A stretch of DNA of 64,000 nt from positions 124,001 through 188,000 of the forward strand of contig CM074821.1 of NCBI GenBank assembly GCA_037447605.1, written 5' to 3'. This document shows positions 33,403-45,861 of this stretch, piece by piece. The notes under the pieces were generated by a model. That model ran no database searches. It worked only from the letters and a program-made list of their open reading frames with translations, and was not told where the DNA came from. The position numbers were made by a program, and so were the translations under genes. The stretch is from Zygnema circumcarinatum SAG 698-1b. Lineage: Eukaryota > Plantae > Zygnematophyceae. Position 1 is the first letter of the stretch. Each line of letters opens with the position of its first letter.

Positions 33403-36400
33403 ATGGAGGCGGCCTGGCGGAAGCAGCGGACGCAGCGGCAGAGGGCGGCCAGGAGCGAGTCGCTGCAGCATGCGCGAGTTGGCGTTATGGTCTCTCTTTC
33501 TCCCTCTCCCCCTTCCTCTCCCGCAAGCTCCCTCTCCCCTTAGCTACACCTGCATTCGTCTGTGTCCCTTTTCCCCTCTCCGCTTTCTCCTCTCTGCCCT
33601 CTTGCAGTAATTCACTGTCTCCCACAAGTTTCCTTCCCGCACCCCTCCCTCCCTCCCTCCTCCACCCTTCCCCCCATCGCTCTTCTTTCCCCCTCTCACC
33701 CCCCCCCTCTCCTCTCCCTTCTCACTCCCCTCTCCTTCTCCTCCCTCCCCATCTCATTATTCTCACTCCCCTCTCCTTCCCCTTTCCTTCCCACCTCTCT
33801 CCTCTCCGTTCCAATCCCCTTCTTTCCTCTCTCTCTCTCTCCCCTTCCTCTCTCCCTCCCTCCCTCTCTCCCCCTCTCATGCGGCACAGGTTGGCCTCTC
33901 CCTGCTGATAGTGGCCCTGGGCGGCCTCACGTGGTACAACACGAGCAGCCACACGCAGCAGGCGCTCGCCGCCGCCGCCTCCGCCCTCCGCCAGCAGATG
34001 CTGCTCAGGTCGCCCTCCCCCCCTTCGTCCTTCATGTGTTGTAGGGAGAGGGGAGGTTCGGGGTTGGGAGTTCAGCGCAGCCCTCCTGAAGCAGGGTGGG
34101 GAGGGGGAGGCTGGACGTGCAGGGCAGTGGAGCGGATGGAGGCGCTCGTGCAGATGCAGGTGCGGGTGGGAGGGCTCTTGGGTTCAGAGTTTTTGGTTTG
34201 GACACTGAATTTGACAAATTCGGGATTGAAGCTCTCATTGCTCGGGCTTAAAGTGGGCGATGAGGGCGATGGTGCAGATGACTTGCAATAAAGTGGTGGA
34301 CGGCATCCTCGCATCGCAGCTCGATCCGACGGCTGACATCTCGTGGGAGGTGTTCGAGAAGCAGGCAAGCGCTGTCACCATTTTACATGAGTTTAGGGCT
34401 TTTGAGCTTTCCTTTTTAATGAACGCCTTTCTTTGGGACTTCGGTTGATCAAAACTTTAAGTTTAATGGGCTGAAATCATGAGATAGGAGGGGCTATTTT
34501 TGGGTTCGGGAGCAGGGAGCTGAGGTGCTGCTGAATCTTCTTCAGAGCTTCACCGACATATCGGGGCTTGCCTTAATTTTGGAGTCCGGGCAGTATGTTT
34601 ATTTCGTGCGGCGACTTCACGATCTGGAGGAGATGGGGACAGCCATGAAATATTTCATGAATGGCACGATTGAGGAAGAGTCTGGGAGTGGGGTTCATTT
34701 CTTGCAAAAGGTGGAGATCGCCACAGGTGGGTTTCAGCTCGAACGTTCTCTTCTTGAAGGGAGAGGAGAGAGGGGGTTGGAGAGGGGAGAGTGAGTGAAT
34801 GAGAGAGAGAAAACTGAGTGAGAGTTGAAGGGTGAGAGTGGGCGAGAAAGGGAATTAAGGAGGGAGAGGGGGGTACGGGAGATGAGAGGAGAGGGAGAGA
34901 GAAAGATTTAGGAATAGAGAGCGGAGAAGTTGGGGTTTTGAAATAGTGGGAGAGGGCGGAGTACAGGGCTTCCACTGGAGGAAGTGAGAGTGCATCCCAA
35001 GTCGGAAGACATGCGAATGGTGCAGTCGTGGTATAGGTGTGCCCCTCTCTCTCTCACTCCCCCTCTCTCCACCCTTCTCCCTCTCTTCACCGCTTTCCAC
35101 CTTATTCTGCTCCCATCCCTCTCCCATGCTTCCTGTTTCTTACTTCTTCTTTTCGTCGTCATTGCTTTCCCTCCCTTTTCTCTCACTGTCCCTCTCCCTC
35201 TCTCCACGGTTCTTGCTCCCTCAGTCTCTTCTGCCTTGTCCCTCGCTCCCCTCCTCTTTCAGGGCTTCCCTTTCTCCCTCTTTCCCCTTTCTCGCTTTTT
35301 CCCTGCACCCTCTTCCCTTCCATTCCTTACCCTCGCTTACTGTATCTCCCGCGTTCTTCCTCCACCCCCCTTTCCTTCTCTGTCTGCCCCCCTCTGTCTC
35401 TCTCCCTTTTCTCTTCCGCTCTCCTCTCCTTTCCTCGTCCTCAAATTCTTAAGCCCTTTCCACATCTCCCGTCCTCCTCTTCCTCCCTCCACTCTGTCCT
35501 ATTTCCCTCTCTCCCTCTCTCCCTCTCTCCCTCTCCTCTTACGCACATCCACGCAAGCCCATGTGCCTGCCATGCCCCCCTTCACGCTCCCTCCCCCCTC
35601 CCGTCCTCACCCTCAAAAGCCTGACCATGGCGGAAGCTTCTGCATGACCCCATGCGCGCAGGCGCGGCATGGAGCGCCACGTGGCGTGGGCGGGCGGCCC
35701 CCCCGGGGGGGAGATGGTGGCGGCGGGCGGGGGCGGGCGGGCGGCGGTGGCGGCCACGGCTCCGCTGCCCCGGGAGACCCGCCACGTGGCGCAGGACCTC
35801 GTCCCCAGTGCGCCCTTAACCCTGCACCGTAAACCCTGACCCTTAAACCCGTAAACCCTAAACCCCGCACTCAGAAGCGCCAGCGGAGGCCTTGAACCCT
35901 CGGAAGCCTTGTGGACTGAAATTTCCCCCGCGGGGCTGCGCAGGCAGCGAGGTGTTCTTCGTGGGCGAGGAGGGGGCCCTGCGGGAGGAGGAGGGGGAGG
36001 AGGAGGAGGGGGAGCCCTCCGCCGTGCAGAGAGAGGCGGGGGAGTATCTCCTCTCGCGCTACGACTTCGAGTATTTGCTCGCTCATGACACGCATTCTGC
36101 GGATGTTTTGATCAACAATGAGCTTTACTTTATTGACAGGTACGGCTATAGCTCTCTCTCTCTCCCTCCCTCCCTCCCACTCTCCCTACCTCTCTGCCTC
36201 TCTCGCTGAAACTTGGAAACTTTTAAAGTATTGAAACGTCTAGAAACTCCGAATGGAATACGTGGAAAGTTTAAGAAGGCATAATAGACCCTAGAATGAT
36301 ACTGTAGCAATGTCGAGAAACGTTACAGTTCTTTGCAGTTCTATAGAAATCACTGGCGACACTTCACAAACGCTAACATTCCAAAAGTCTTAAAGACTTT

Positions 36401-39400
36401 TTAACTTGTTTAAGGAGCTTGTACAACTTGAAAAACTTCATTAATCTTGAAACCATGAAGATGGAAAAAGCTTCAAAAGAGTAAATTATCCAAAACCTTT
36501 CAAAAAAGAAAATTGGTCAGTATAATAAAATGTTGAAGACTTAAAATCCTTGCAAAGATTCAAAGCCTTCAAAACAATCAATACCTTTACCTTTACCTTT
36601 AGATCCCTCCCGCGGTTGAGCGAGCAGCCCCCTGAGAGAGAGAGAGGGAGGGAGGGAGAGGGGGGTTGCAGCATGGCGGGCGGGGAGGGGGGCCCGCCCG
36701 TTGTGGCCGCGGCGGCGGGGTCGCGGCGGAGCGCGCTCGCACGTGCGGACGCGGAGGGGCGCGCGCTGCTCCTCGCGCTGTTCGCGGTCGCTCTCGCTGC
36801 GGCCGCCGCGCCGCTGCTGCTGTCCACCAGGATGGACAGGGCAGCCGCAGCCATGCGCGTCAAGGTGGGGGAGGGAGGNNNNNNNNNNGGAGGGAGGGAA
36901 GGGAGAGTAGGGTGGGTAGGGAGGGAAGGGAGGGAGGGAGGAAGAGAGGAGAGGGGTAGAGCGGGGGAAGAGCGGGGGGGCGGGGAGAAGGGGAGGAGGT
37001 GGTGGGGGCGAGGTTGGGGGATGAGGGAGGGGGGGGAAAGAAGGGGGAGGCAGGGAAGGAGGGAGGACGAAGTGGGGGAGGGGCGGGGGGGCGAAGATGG
37101 GGCCGAAAGGAGGAGAGGGGAGGGAGAAGGGGCTGGGGGGAGGGAGCAGTAAGAAGGCGCGGGAGGAGGGGGAGAGGGGAGAGTGAGAAGTGGGTGAGAG
37201 GAAGAGGGAAGCGGAGGGAGACAGGGGAGGAGGAACGGGGGACAGGGGGAAGGGTGCGGAGGGGGGAGGAGGGGAATGGGAAGTGGGTGAAATATGAGGG
37301 AGATAGAAGGTAGAGATTGGGGAGGGCGGAGTGTGGGGGGGGGAAGCTGGAAAAAGATCTTCGAAAGCCCGTATAGCCTCTGGAGGCGTTCAGAATCCTA
37401 TGAAGGTGCTGAACATCTGATCCTTAACGTCAAGCTCTAAAATACTCGCGAAGGCGGGCGAAATGGATGTGCAGATGGAGGAGAAAAGGAAGGAAGAGGC
37501 GATGAGCAACCTGAAGACACAATTTCTGAACAACATGAGGTGGGTCCCAATTGTGAAACCCTCCTCGAAAGGCCGGACAAAACCCGTCTCCTCGTAGCTG
37601 CAGAAAACTACGTTCTGTGCCTTGTCTGGAACACTGTTCGTAAGCTCCTTCCAGATCCGATATGCGATGGGATTCATTTGACCGAAACCACTCGTGTATG
37701 GCATGGCATGGCATGGCAGCCACGAGCTGCGCACCCCCCTTAGCGCCATCATGGGTCTATTGGAGGTCATGTTGGCGGACGCGGAGCGGCTCGCGCCCGA
37801 ACATGAAGAGCACGTGCTGCAAATATTCAACTGCGCGCAGGGCCTGCTCGGCCTGCTCAACTCCATACTAGACATTAGCAAGGTGAGCCGCCGGGGGAGG
37901 GGGGGGGGGGGGNNNNNNNNNNGGAGGGAGGGAAGGGAGAGTAGGGTGGGTAGGGAGGGAAGGGAGGGAGGGAGGAAGAGAGGAGAGGGGTAGAGCGGGG
38001 GAAGAGCGGGGGGGCGGGGAGAAGGGGAGGAGGTGGTGGGGGCGAGGTTGGGGGATGAGGGAGGGGGGGGAAAGAAGGGGGAGGCAGGGAAGGAGGGAGG
38101 ACGAAGTGGGGGAGGGGCGGGGGGGCGAAGATGGGGCCGAAAGGAGGAGAGGGGAGGGAGAAGGGGCTGGGGGGAGGGAGCAGTAAGAAGGCGCGGGAGG
38201 AGGGGGAGAGGGGAGAGTGAGAAGTGGGTGAGAGGAAGAGGGAAGCGGAGGGAGACAGGGGAGGAGGAACGGGGGACAGGGGGAAGGGTGCGGAGGGGGG
38301 AGGAGGGGAATGGGAAGTGGGTGAAATATGAGGGAGATAGAAGGTAGAGATTGGGGAGGGCGGAGTGTGGGGGGGGGAAGCTGGAAAAAGATCTTCGAAA
38401 GCCCGTATAGCCTCTGGAGGCGTTCAGAATCCTATGAAGGTGCTGAACATCTGATCCTTAACGTCAAGCTCTAAAATACTCGCGAAGGCGGGCGAAATGG
38501 ATGTGCAGATGGAGGAGAAAAGGAAGGAAGAGGCGATGAGCAACCTGAAGACACAATTTCTGAACAACATGAGGTGGGTCCCAATTGTGAAACCCTCCTC
38601 GAAAGGCCGGACAAAACCCGTCTCCTCGTAGCTGCAGAAAACTACGTTCTGTGCCTTGTCTGGAACACTGTTCGTAAGCTCCTTCCAGATCCGATATGCG
38701 ATGGGATTCATTTGACCGAAACCACTCGTGTATGGCATGGCATGGCATGGCAGCCACGAGCTGCGCACCCCCCTTAGCGCCATCATGGGTCTATTGGAGG
38801 TCATGTTGGCGGACGCGGAGCGGCTCGCGCCCGAACATGAAGAGCACGTGCTGCAAATATTCAACTGCGCGCAGGGCCTGCTCGGCCTGCTCAACTCCAT
38901 ACTAGACATTAGCAAGGTGAGCCGCCGGGGGAGGGGGGGGGGGGGGAGGGAGAGGGGGGGAGAGGTGGGGAGAGGGAGGGAGAGAGGGGAGAGGGGGGAG
39001 AGGGGGGGAGAGAGGGGAGAGGGGGGGAGAGAGGGGAGAGGGGGGGAAGGGGAGAGAGGGGAGAGGGAGAGGGGGGAGAGGGGGGGGGAGAGGGGGGGAG
39101 AGGGGGGAGAGGGGGGGAGAGAGGGGAGAGGGGGGGAGAGGGGAGAGGGAGAGGGAGAGGGAGGGAGAGAGGGGAGAGGACGTAGATGGAAGATGGTGAG
39201 GGGGCAGAGGGAGGGGGAGAGGGGAGAGGGGAGGGGACGAGGGGGGAGGGGAAAGGGAGAGAGGGAGGCGAGAGGGGAGAGGACGTAGGGGGGAGATGGT
39301 GAGGGGGCAGAGGGAGGGGGAGAGGGGAGAGGGGAGGGGGACGAGGGGAAATGGGAAAGGGAGAGTGGGAGGAGAGAGGGGAGAGGACGTAGATGGAAGA

Positions 39401-42400
39401 TGGTGAGGGAGCAGTGGGAGGGGGAGAGGGGAGAGGGGAGGGGGGCGAGGGGGAAGGGGAAAGGGAGAGAGGGAGGAGAGAGGGGAGAGGACGTAGGGGG
39501 AAGATGGTTAGGGGGCAGAGGGAGGGGGAGAGGGGAGAGGGGAGGGGGATGAGGGGAAATGGGAAAGAGAGAGTGGGAGGAGAGAGGGGAGAGGACGTAG
39601 GGGGAAGGTGGTGACGGGCAGAGGGAGGGGGAGAGGGGAGAGGGTGGAGGGGAGGATGGAATGGAGGAGTGGCGATGCAGCGCCCGCTCCACATCGTTGA
39701 GTCGGTCTGCGCTATACAATTCGTCCATCCATCGGGGAGGGAGGATGGAGGTGGAAGGGGCAGAGGGAAGAGGCGGGAGTGGCAGTGGGAGTGGCAGGAC
39801 GGAGGCAAATGCGGGGAAGGGGGGAGGGGGAAGAGGATGGCGGAATGGGTAGAAGGTGGAGAGGGAGGGGGGAGTGGTGGAGGAGGAGATGGGTGGAGCT
39901 GTGAGGGAGGGAGAAGCAGCACGGGGAGAATTTTGATGGATGGATGAGAGGAGACGAAAGATGTGGGGATTGAAAGAAAGGAGTTTGGAGGAAGGGTAAG
40001 GGAGAGGGAAGAGAGGGGGAAATGTGGGACAAGAGAAAGTGGAGGTGAAGAGGACGAGAGGGAAAGGAAGGAGTCGACGAGGGGAATGTGTAGTGAGGAG
40101 GGGTAGGGAAAGTTAGAGACAGAGGGAAGAAAGTCAGGGAGATCGCGAGAGGGGTTCACATGGTGCTTCACAGGTTGTTTTCGCAGCCATTTTTCTGAAG
40201 TTGCGGACTGTCTGCTTGCGGAGATGCAGATAGAAGCCGGCAAACTTGCGATGGAGAAGAAGCCCTTCAACTTGGGTGCTCAGCTCGAGAACATGGTGGA
40301 CATGTTCAGCGTGCAGTGCCAAACCAAGGGCTTTGACATCGTCCTCGATCTCTGCGGTAAGCTCTCTCGCTCTGCTTACCAGAGGTTGTTCAAAAAGAGG
40401 TGGTTCAAAAAGAGGTCTATGGTCACTTTTCAAGTTTTGGATGACTTATGTGACAGAGTCTTTGGAACAGTTTTGAACTCTTTGCCAAATATTTTCCAAC
40501 CTGCTTCAAATCTTTGTGCTGAAATATGGGCAGTGGTTGGTCTGCAGATGACTTCGAGCGCATTGTGAGCGGAGACTCGGCGCGTGTGGCGCAGCTTTTC
40601 TCCAACCTTCTTAGGTAGAAAGCCTTTCCACTCTTCTCTTAATATCTCTCCTCTTAACCTATGGTTTCTTCATAAGGATTGCAAATAGCCAACGAGAAGC
40701 AATAGAAACACCTCTTATCTGAGGAACCCCAAGAACTTGCAGATGGTTCAGAGAAATCCCAATAAAAGGAAAAGTGACCTTTTCTTTGGGGGGGTGGGTT
40801 TTCAGCAATGCGGTGAAGTTCACCAATGAGGGCTACATTGTAGTGAGAGGCCGTATAGAGGAATATTCCTCTACCTCTTCCGAAAGGTCTCCCCGGGGCA
40901 CCTTTGCGGCCCTTATGAGCTCCTCCCTTCACAGGAGGTCGATCGTCATAGAGAGAGACTCCCCGAGGGAGGAGGAGATGGGCTCATACATATCGCCACG
41001 CATCTGTGCAGTATTTGAAATCGACGATTCTGGATGTGGAATTCCAGAAGAGAAGAGGGCAGCAGTGTTTGAAAACTTTGTGCAGGCAGACGAGTCGAGC
41101 ACGAGAAGATATACAGGCACAGGTTTGGGATTGGGGGTTGCGAGGTCATTGGTTCAAGCTATGGGAGGAAAGATCAGTTTTGTCAACAAGGAAGGTCCCG
41201 GAACTTTGGTTCGATTCTCTCTTATTTTTCAAAGGTTAACAGCACAAGAGCTTGCAGATTTTTCAGTCGCAAGCATGCCAGAAGGGATGAGACCTCCGAA
41301 TTTGGCAGATGAGTTTAGAATGATCGCTGCAGGAGAGCTCTCTCCTATCCCTCCTCCTCCTATCTCCCTTTTGTCTCCAGTGAACGAGAACAGGAAGGGT
41401 GACGAGAGAAGGAGAGAGAGAGAGAGAGAGGAAGTAGAGAAGCCTCTCGTTCGCACTAGCAGTGGAACTGCAACATTTCAGCAACCTCCTGAAATAGCGG
41501 CAGCGAGAATACTTTTGGCTGTACCTGCAGGTCCGGGATGTGATGTGGCTATGAGATGGTTTAAAAAGAGGTCCTCAGCAGCATATCACGCAGCTTCTTT
41601 GGACGCTCTTTTGCAGATTCTTGGAACAGAAATGAGCATTCCGGAGAAAGAACGAGCGGTGGGAGGAGAGAGAGGCGAAGCAGACTTGGAGAAAGAGAAG
41701 GATAAGGAGGTAGTGATTGCGATAGTGGATGTGAGTTTCCTGGATGGATTGGGAAAAGCGAGGGCTGGAAATCTGGAGGAGTTGAAGGAGCAGCTGAGGG
41801 ATTTGGTGAGTGCTTTAGAGAGGAAAAGGAGTGGAGAGAAGACGAAGTGGGCCCTTTCCTTCATAGTGAGACATGATACTCCCGGAGGACTCCAACAGCT
41901 GCTGCGGGAGATGAGCCCTCGTGGTTGCAGACTCACCAGCAAACCCCTTCATGCTTCCCGCCTTCAGCGGCTCACACAAGACATAGCGAGCTGCTTACGA
42001 GGGGAGACTCTCAAAAGAGGGTCAACACTTGACAGATTTCTCTCCATAGAACCCCATAATGGCATCTCCATGAGGTTAGTAAGAAGGAGAACAGCGAGTC
42101 AGGATGTGTGGGGGGTGGTGAGCCGATCTTCCTCTCCCACTCCGGGAGGGGCCATGAATCGCATCCTCAATCTGCAGACTTTGTCGGCAGATCTTGAAGG
42201 GTTACTTCATCTCCGAGGGGCTGACTTAAACAGTCCGGACTCCCCTACCCCTCTACCTCCTGCTGCCTTTCCACCTCCACTTTCCGTACCAGAAGATGGT
42301 CCCGTTGATGAGAGTCCTCTGCCTGCAGAGGAGAGGAAGACTGCAGTACATTCTTCACTGCCAGAAGCGTTGTCCTTGGGGAGAGAGAGGGAGGAGGAGG

Positions 42401-43620
42401 CAGAGAAAGAGGGGGAGAGGTATGAGGGAAAAAGAGAGGGGGCAATTGCTGGTGGAGAAAAGGGTGGGAAGGAAAGGGCTCGAACGATGTGGAGGAGAGC
42501 AACAACCGCTTGCAGTAGGTCAAACGATAAAGTATGGAAGGCAGGGAGTGGGAAACGGCTTTCTCTGGATATGGAGGAGTTGACAGAGACATCTGGGACG
42601 TTGACTCGGGAGGAGGGGCGACCTTCAGTGAAAAAGGAAAGGAATCTGGCAGGTCTTCATATACTTGTGGTAGAAGATACGGCGGTTATTCGGAAAATGA
42701 TGGGACTGCTCTTGAAGAAGCTGGGAGCAACTGCGACTCTTGTTGAGAATGGACAGTTAGGGTTGGAAGCTGTGCTGGGGTCCTACGGATTGGATCCAAG
42801 AGCTTTCAGAATTGCAGACGAATGTGAAGAGAGGAGGAAATCACAGACTCTTACGGCAGCGCAGGAAGAACTGGAAGAGATTCTGGGAACAGCAAACGCG
42901 AAAATGTACAGTAAACAAGACAGCAATGTCAGGACAGTGAGTGGGGGAGAGCAGGATGGGTCTGCCGATCAAATGGAGTTTCAAGAAAGCAGTTCTCAAC
43001 GGAGAACGCGGAGTAATGAAGATCTCAGTGCCCTTCATCCTCCGACCATGGATTCAGCCTCTTCGAAAGTCGCAGATGATGTAGGGAAGACGAAGTTTGA
43101 TGCAGTCTTAATGGACTGCCAGATGCCTGTTATGGATGGCTACACGGCTACTCGGGCAATCCGAGCAGCAGAAAAGCTGCTCGGCCATCACATTCCCATC
43201 ATCGCAGTGGTACGCTCTCTCTACCCTTCGACCCACTTGAAAGCCCTAAAATCCTTCTGAAAGGGGGGGGTGGAAGCTTTGCATGGTTCTCTCGTTCCCT
43301 CTTTGTGTCTGTGGATTTGGTTGGAAGGAAAAGTTCAAACATTTCTTCACACGTTTTTTCCAAGCCTATCAAACGTTACTTCTATCATTCCTTTTGAAAT
43401 AACTGAGACAGAACGGTTTGCGTTGATGTAGACGGCACATGCTATGACAAGCGATGAGAAGAGCTGCTTGGAAGCAGGAATGGACCGCTACCTTACAAAA
43501 CCCATTGAGTCGAGGAAGCTGGTGGAGACTGTGCGTGAGCTTCTCAAGTCAGTGGAGGAGAGGGAGTTGACTTTACAAGCTGAGAGTCCAACATTTGGAC
43601 TTCTGGGTTCAGGGCCATGA
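33403..43620 (+). CDS. AHK1: Membrane-bound hybrid histidine kinase, AHK1/ATHK1-like: 2 TM segments, HisKA, HATPase, degenerate receiver-like region and receiver
   Basis: VGLSLLIVALGGLTW, TQFLNNMS|HELRTP, VDMFSVQC, SNAVKFT, FEIDDSGCGI, GTGLGLGV, ILVVED, LMDCQMPVMDGY and TAHAM...MDRYLTKP. The motif order and residues resemble Arabidopsis AHK1 (recognised from memory, not searched). Confidence 0.88.
36879..36888. other. Assembly gap (10 N)
   Basis: N run. Confidence 1.
36889..38946 (+). repeat. Apparently identical tandem duplication of 1,024 bp (36889-37912 and 37923-38946), separated by a 10-N gap; it covers the two HisKA exons
   Basis: Identical ORFs at a 1,034-bp offset (36999/38033, 37430/38464, 37662/38696); N gap at 37913-37922. 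Confidence 0.95.
39170..39640. repeat. Purine/G-rich minisatellite, ~104-bp unit, 4-5 copies, in an AHK1 intron
   Basis: The anchor GGACGTAG occurs at 39178, 39281, 39385, 39489 and 39593. Confidence 0.85.
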
Positions 43621-44086
43621 GCCTTTCGAATGACGATTTTAGGGTTCACGTTAGGTGCTTAGTGCCACAACGGCAGGCAATGCATGGCGCGGAATTTTTT
43701 ACATTCGTAGATCAGTTTGAAATAGATGCAGGGAGAGCAAATCGCTCGATCGTACTGTAGACAGGATAAAGCTGCAAAGCAATCTTTTTCCAATAATTTG
43801 GTCCCTCATTTGCCGTGAGTACTGGGCTCAACAACGATTTTTTCTCACATTTGCTTAATTTTTTGTTTGGGGAGGCTTGCAGCTTCTCCACACTCACTAG
43901 TTAAAACCGCAATTGCTGTCATGGGTCAGTACGTGTATGCAAAAATGACAAATCCCCAAGTTTGACACGTGTATCTCTCTGAAGTGGGCGACAAACGATA
44001 GCCATGATCGGCCAAGTCTATAACATATAACTCTTCCTACATTCTATCAAACCCTAAGAGCCCTTCTGCTTCATCCTCCTTCACAG

Positions 44087-44925
44087 GTATGGACGGCGCA
44101 GCCAGTCCCATTCCAGCGTGGGAACACTTCTCTGCATCGACGAGGATGGGGTCCTCTGAATGAGCTTCCAGGGGGGCTTCAATGGGGCGAGAGGCTGACC
44201 CTGCAGATATGGAGAGAGTGGAGGAGTTTAAGGGTGGCGACTGACTGGGTGAGGGCAGCTCCCAGTCTGTGCAAGCCCATGCATGGGCTCGGCTCTGCAG
44301 TGCACGGCAGCATAGGGGTGGTGTACAGGCTGCGGGCGGATCATAGCCTACTTATTATGCTTTCAAGATGAGCCCTGGCTTTGTGAAGCTGAGGAGGTGG
44401 AAGCAGTGCAGCCATTTCAGGTGAGGACTGCATTCCTCTTTTCTTCATCTTGTGGTGGTTTCTGTCTGTGGGCTATGACTTAAGTCATGGTTGCCAATCT
44501 TTGTGCTACCCTATGCTTATGTTGTAATGTGCCATCCTCTTGTTAAGGTGAGTCAAAAGTTGAATTTAGCCTCTGTGGACAAAGCTTCTTAAAAACAGCT
44601 TCGGGATCAACAAGCACAGGGATGTCGCCTATCAAAGACAAGGAAGCCTTTTCTTAGTATTTTTTACTTCAATATTTCTCATGTTTCTGTTTCCTTAATG
44701 ACATATGGCAATGCGCGTGTGCAGGTGGGCGAACGAGTTTGTGGGAAGTGCGGTCGGTTGCAGGGCCTTGCTTTGGATGGTCTGGCGAGACCCCCACCAT
44801 ACTGTTGGGAACATAAGTGATGTGAGCAGGAAAGGAGCTGCTTAGGGTTTCCGTGAGTGGGAGATCGGCCCCATGGTGGGCTGGTCCTGCCGCCATGGCG
44901 AGGCTCGAGCAGCCGCTGCTTGCAT
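44087..44925 (+). pseudogene. KEG: Decayed two-exon fragment of KEEP ON GOING (KEG) HERC2-like/SH3 repeats
   Basis: Across frames it reads YG.RSQSHSSVGTLLCIDEDGVL*, ADPADMERVEEFK, DWVR...HGLGS..GSIGVVY, PWLCEAEEVEAVQPFQ|VGERVC and FGWSGET.HHTVGNISD...PWWA.PA.M. It has a nonsense codon and several frameshifts; the intron 44421-44724 is retained. Confidence 0.85.
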
Positions 44926-44940
44926 GGAGAATTGCGCTTG

Positions 44941-45437
44941 CATGGTCCAACTTCGTTCATTTGGTTGAACGAAGGCTGACGTGGTTCAACATTGCTGACG
45001 CAATCTCGCACTTGCTGACTGACGGTTGGACGAGTTCGCTACGAGTGATGTTGAATTATTCGAATCTCGCTTCGTGCCCGAATAGAAAAATGGGGTAAAC
45101 TGTGCGAGATCCAAACTACCAACGGGAAAACGACACGTGGCACTTTGCGTTCCTATGCAATCCCCCACGATCAGGGTTTAGGGCTGAGCTGGAAAGAAAT
45201 TGCGCAGACACTCGGGCATGCTTGGTTCGCAAGGTGCCATGTGGACGCCACGTGACGTTTTTTCTTTGGCGGAAGCGGCGGCCACCGGCATCCAACTGGC
45301 TCACACATGCGAACAGTTGTCATTCAACAGGTTGAACGATGTTGAATGAAAAAACTTCGTTTCGGAGGTTTACGAACGAACTCTCCGCCGCGGTTTGCAA
45401 CTTTTTCATTCAACTAAACGAACAAAGTTGAACCATG
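44941..45437. mobile_element. ~500-bp non-autonomous TIR element (MITE-like)
   Basis: Left end catggtccaacttcgttcatttggttgaacgaa versus the reverse complement of the right end catggttcaactttgttcgtttagttgaatgaa: 33 bp, with 5 mismatches that are all transitions. Repeated internal GTTGAA/TTCAAC. No clear target-site duplication. Confidence 0.8.
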
Positions 45438-45861
45438 AAAATGCACGCTTACCCGTCCAAGTGAAGAATGCTTTGACTTATGAATATCGAGTTTAAGCTT
45501 GACGCCTGAGCTCCAGTTTTAGCATTCTGACGTGCTCAGTGCCTTCATAGTGTCAGAATAAAAAAAGAAAATTAGCCACTATATAAAGTGTCAAACTATA
45601 TCAGTGTCATGAGGAATCAACTTTATTGCAACCAGGTAATGAGGGAGATGAGGGGACTTCGTGAAAGAGCTTGCTCTCTGGAGTTAACTTTCCCTTGGGT
45701 TAACCTGTAGTGTAAACGAGGAGAGGCCCTGAAGGCGTCGGAAGACTGCATCTTCAACTTGACACCGGAGGAATGCAGACTTTGCTTAATCCCAAAAAGA
45801 GAAATTTATGTAAAGAATGGATTTTGAATACTCTCCACTCCTCTTTTCCTTCCCTCCTTCT

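Noticed and set aside
38424-40270. Pro/Ser/Leu-rich minus-strand ORFs of 434 and 453 aa
   Set aside because: Antisense translation of purine-rich AHK1 introns.
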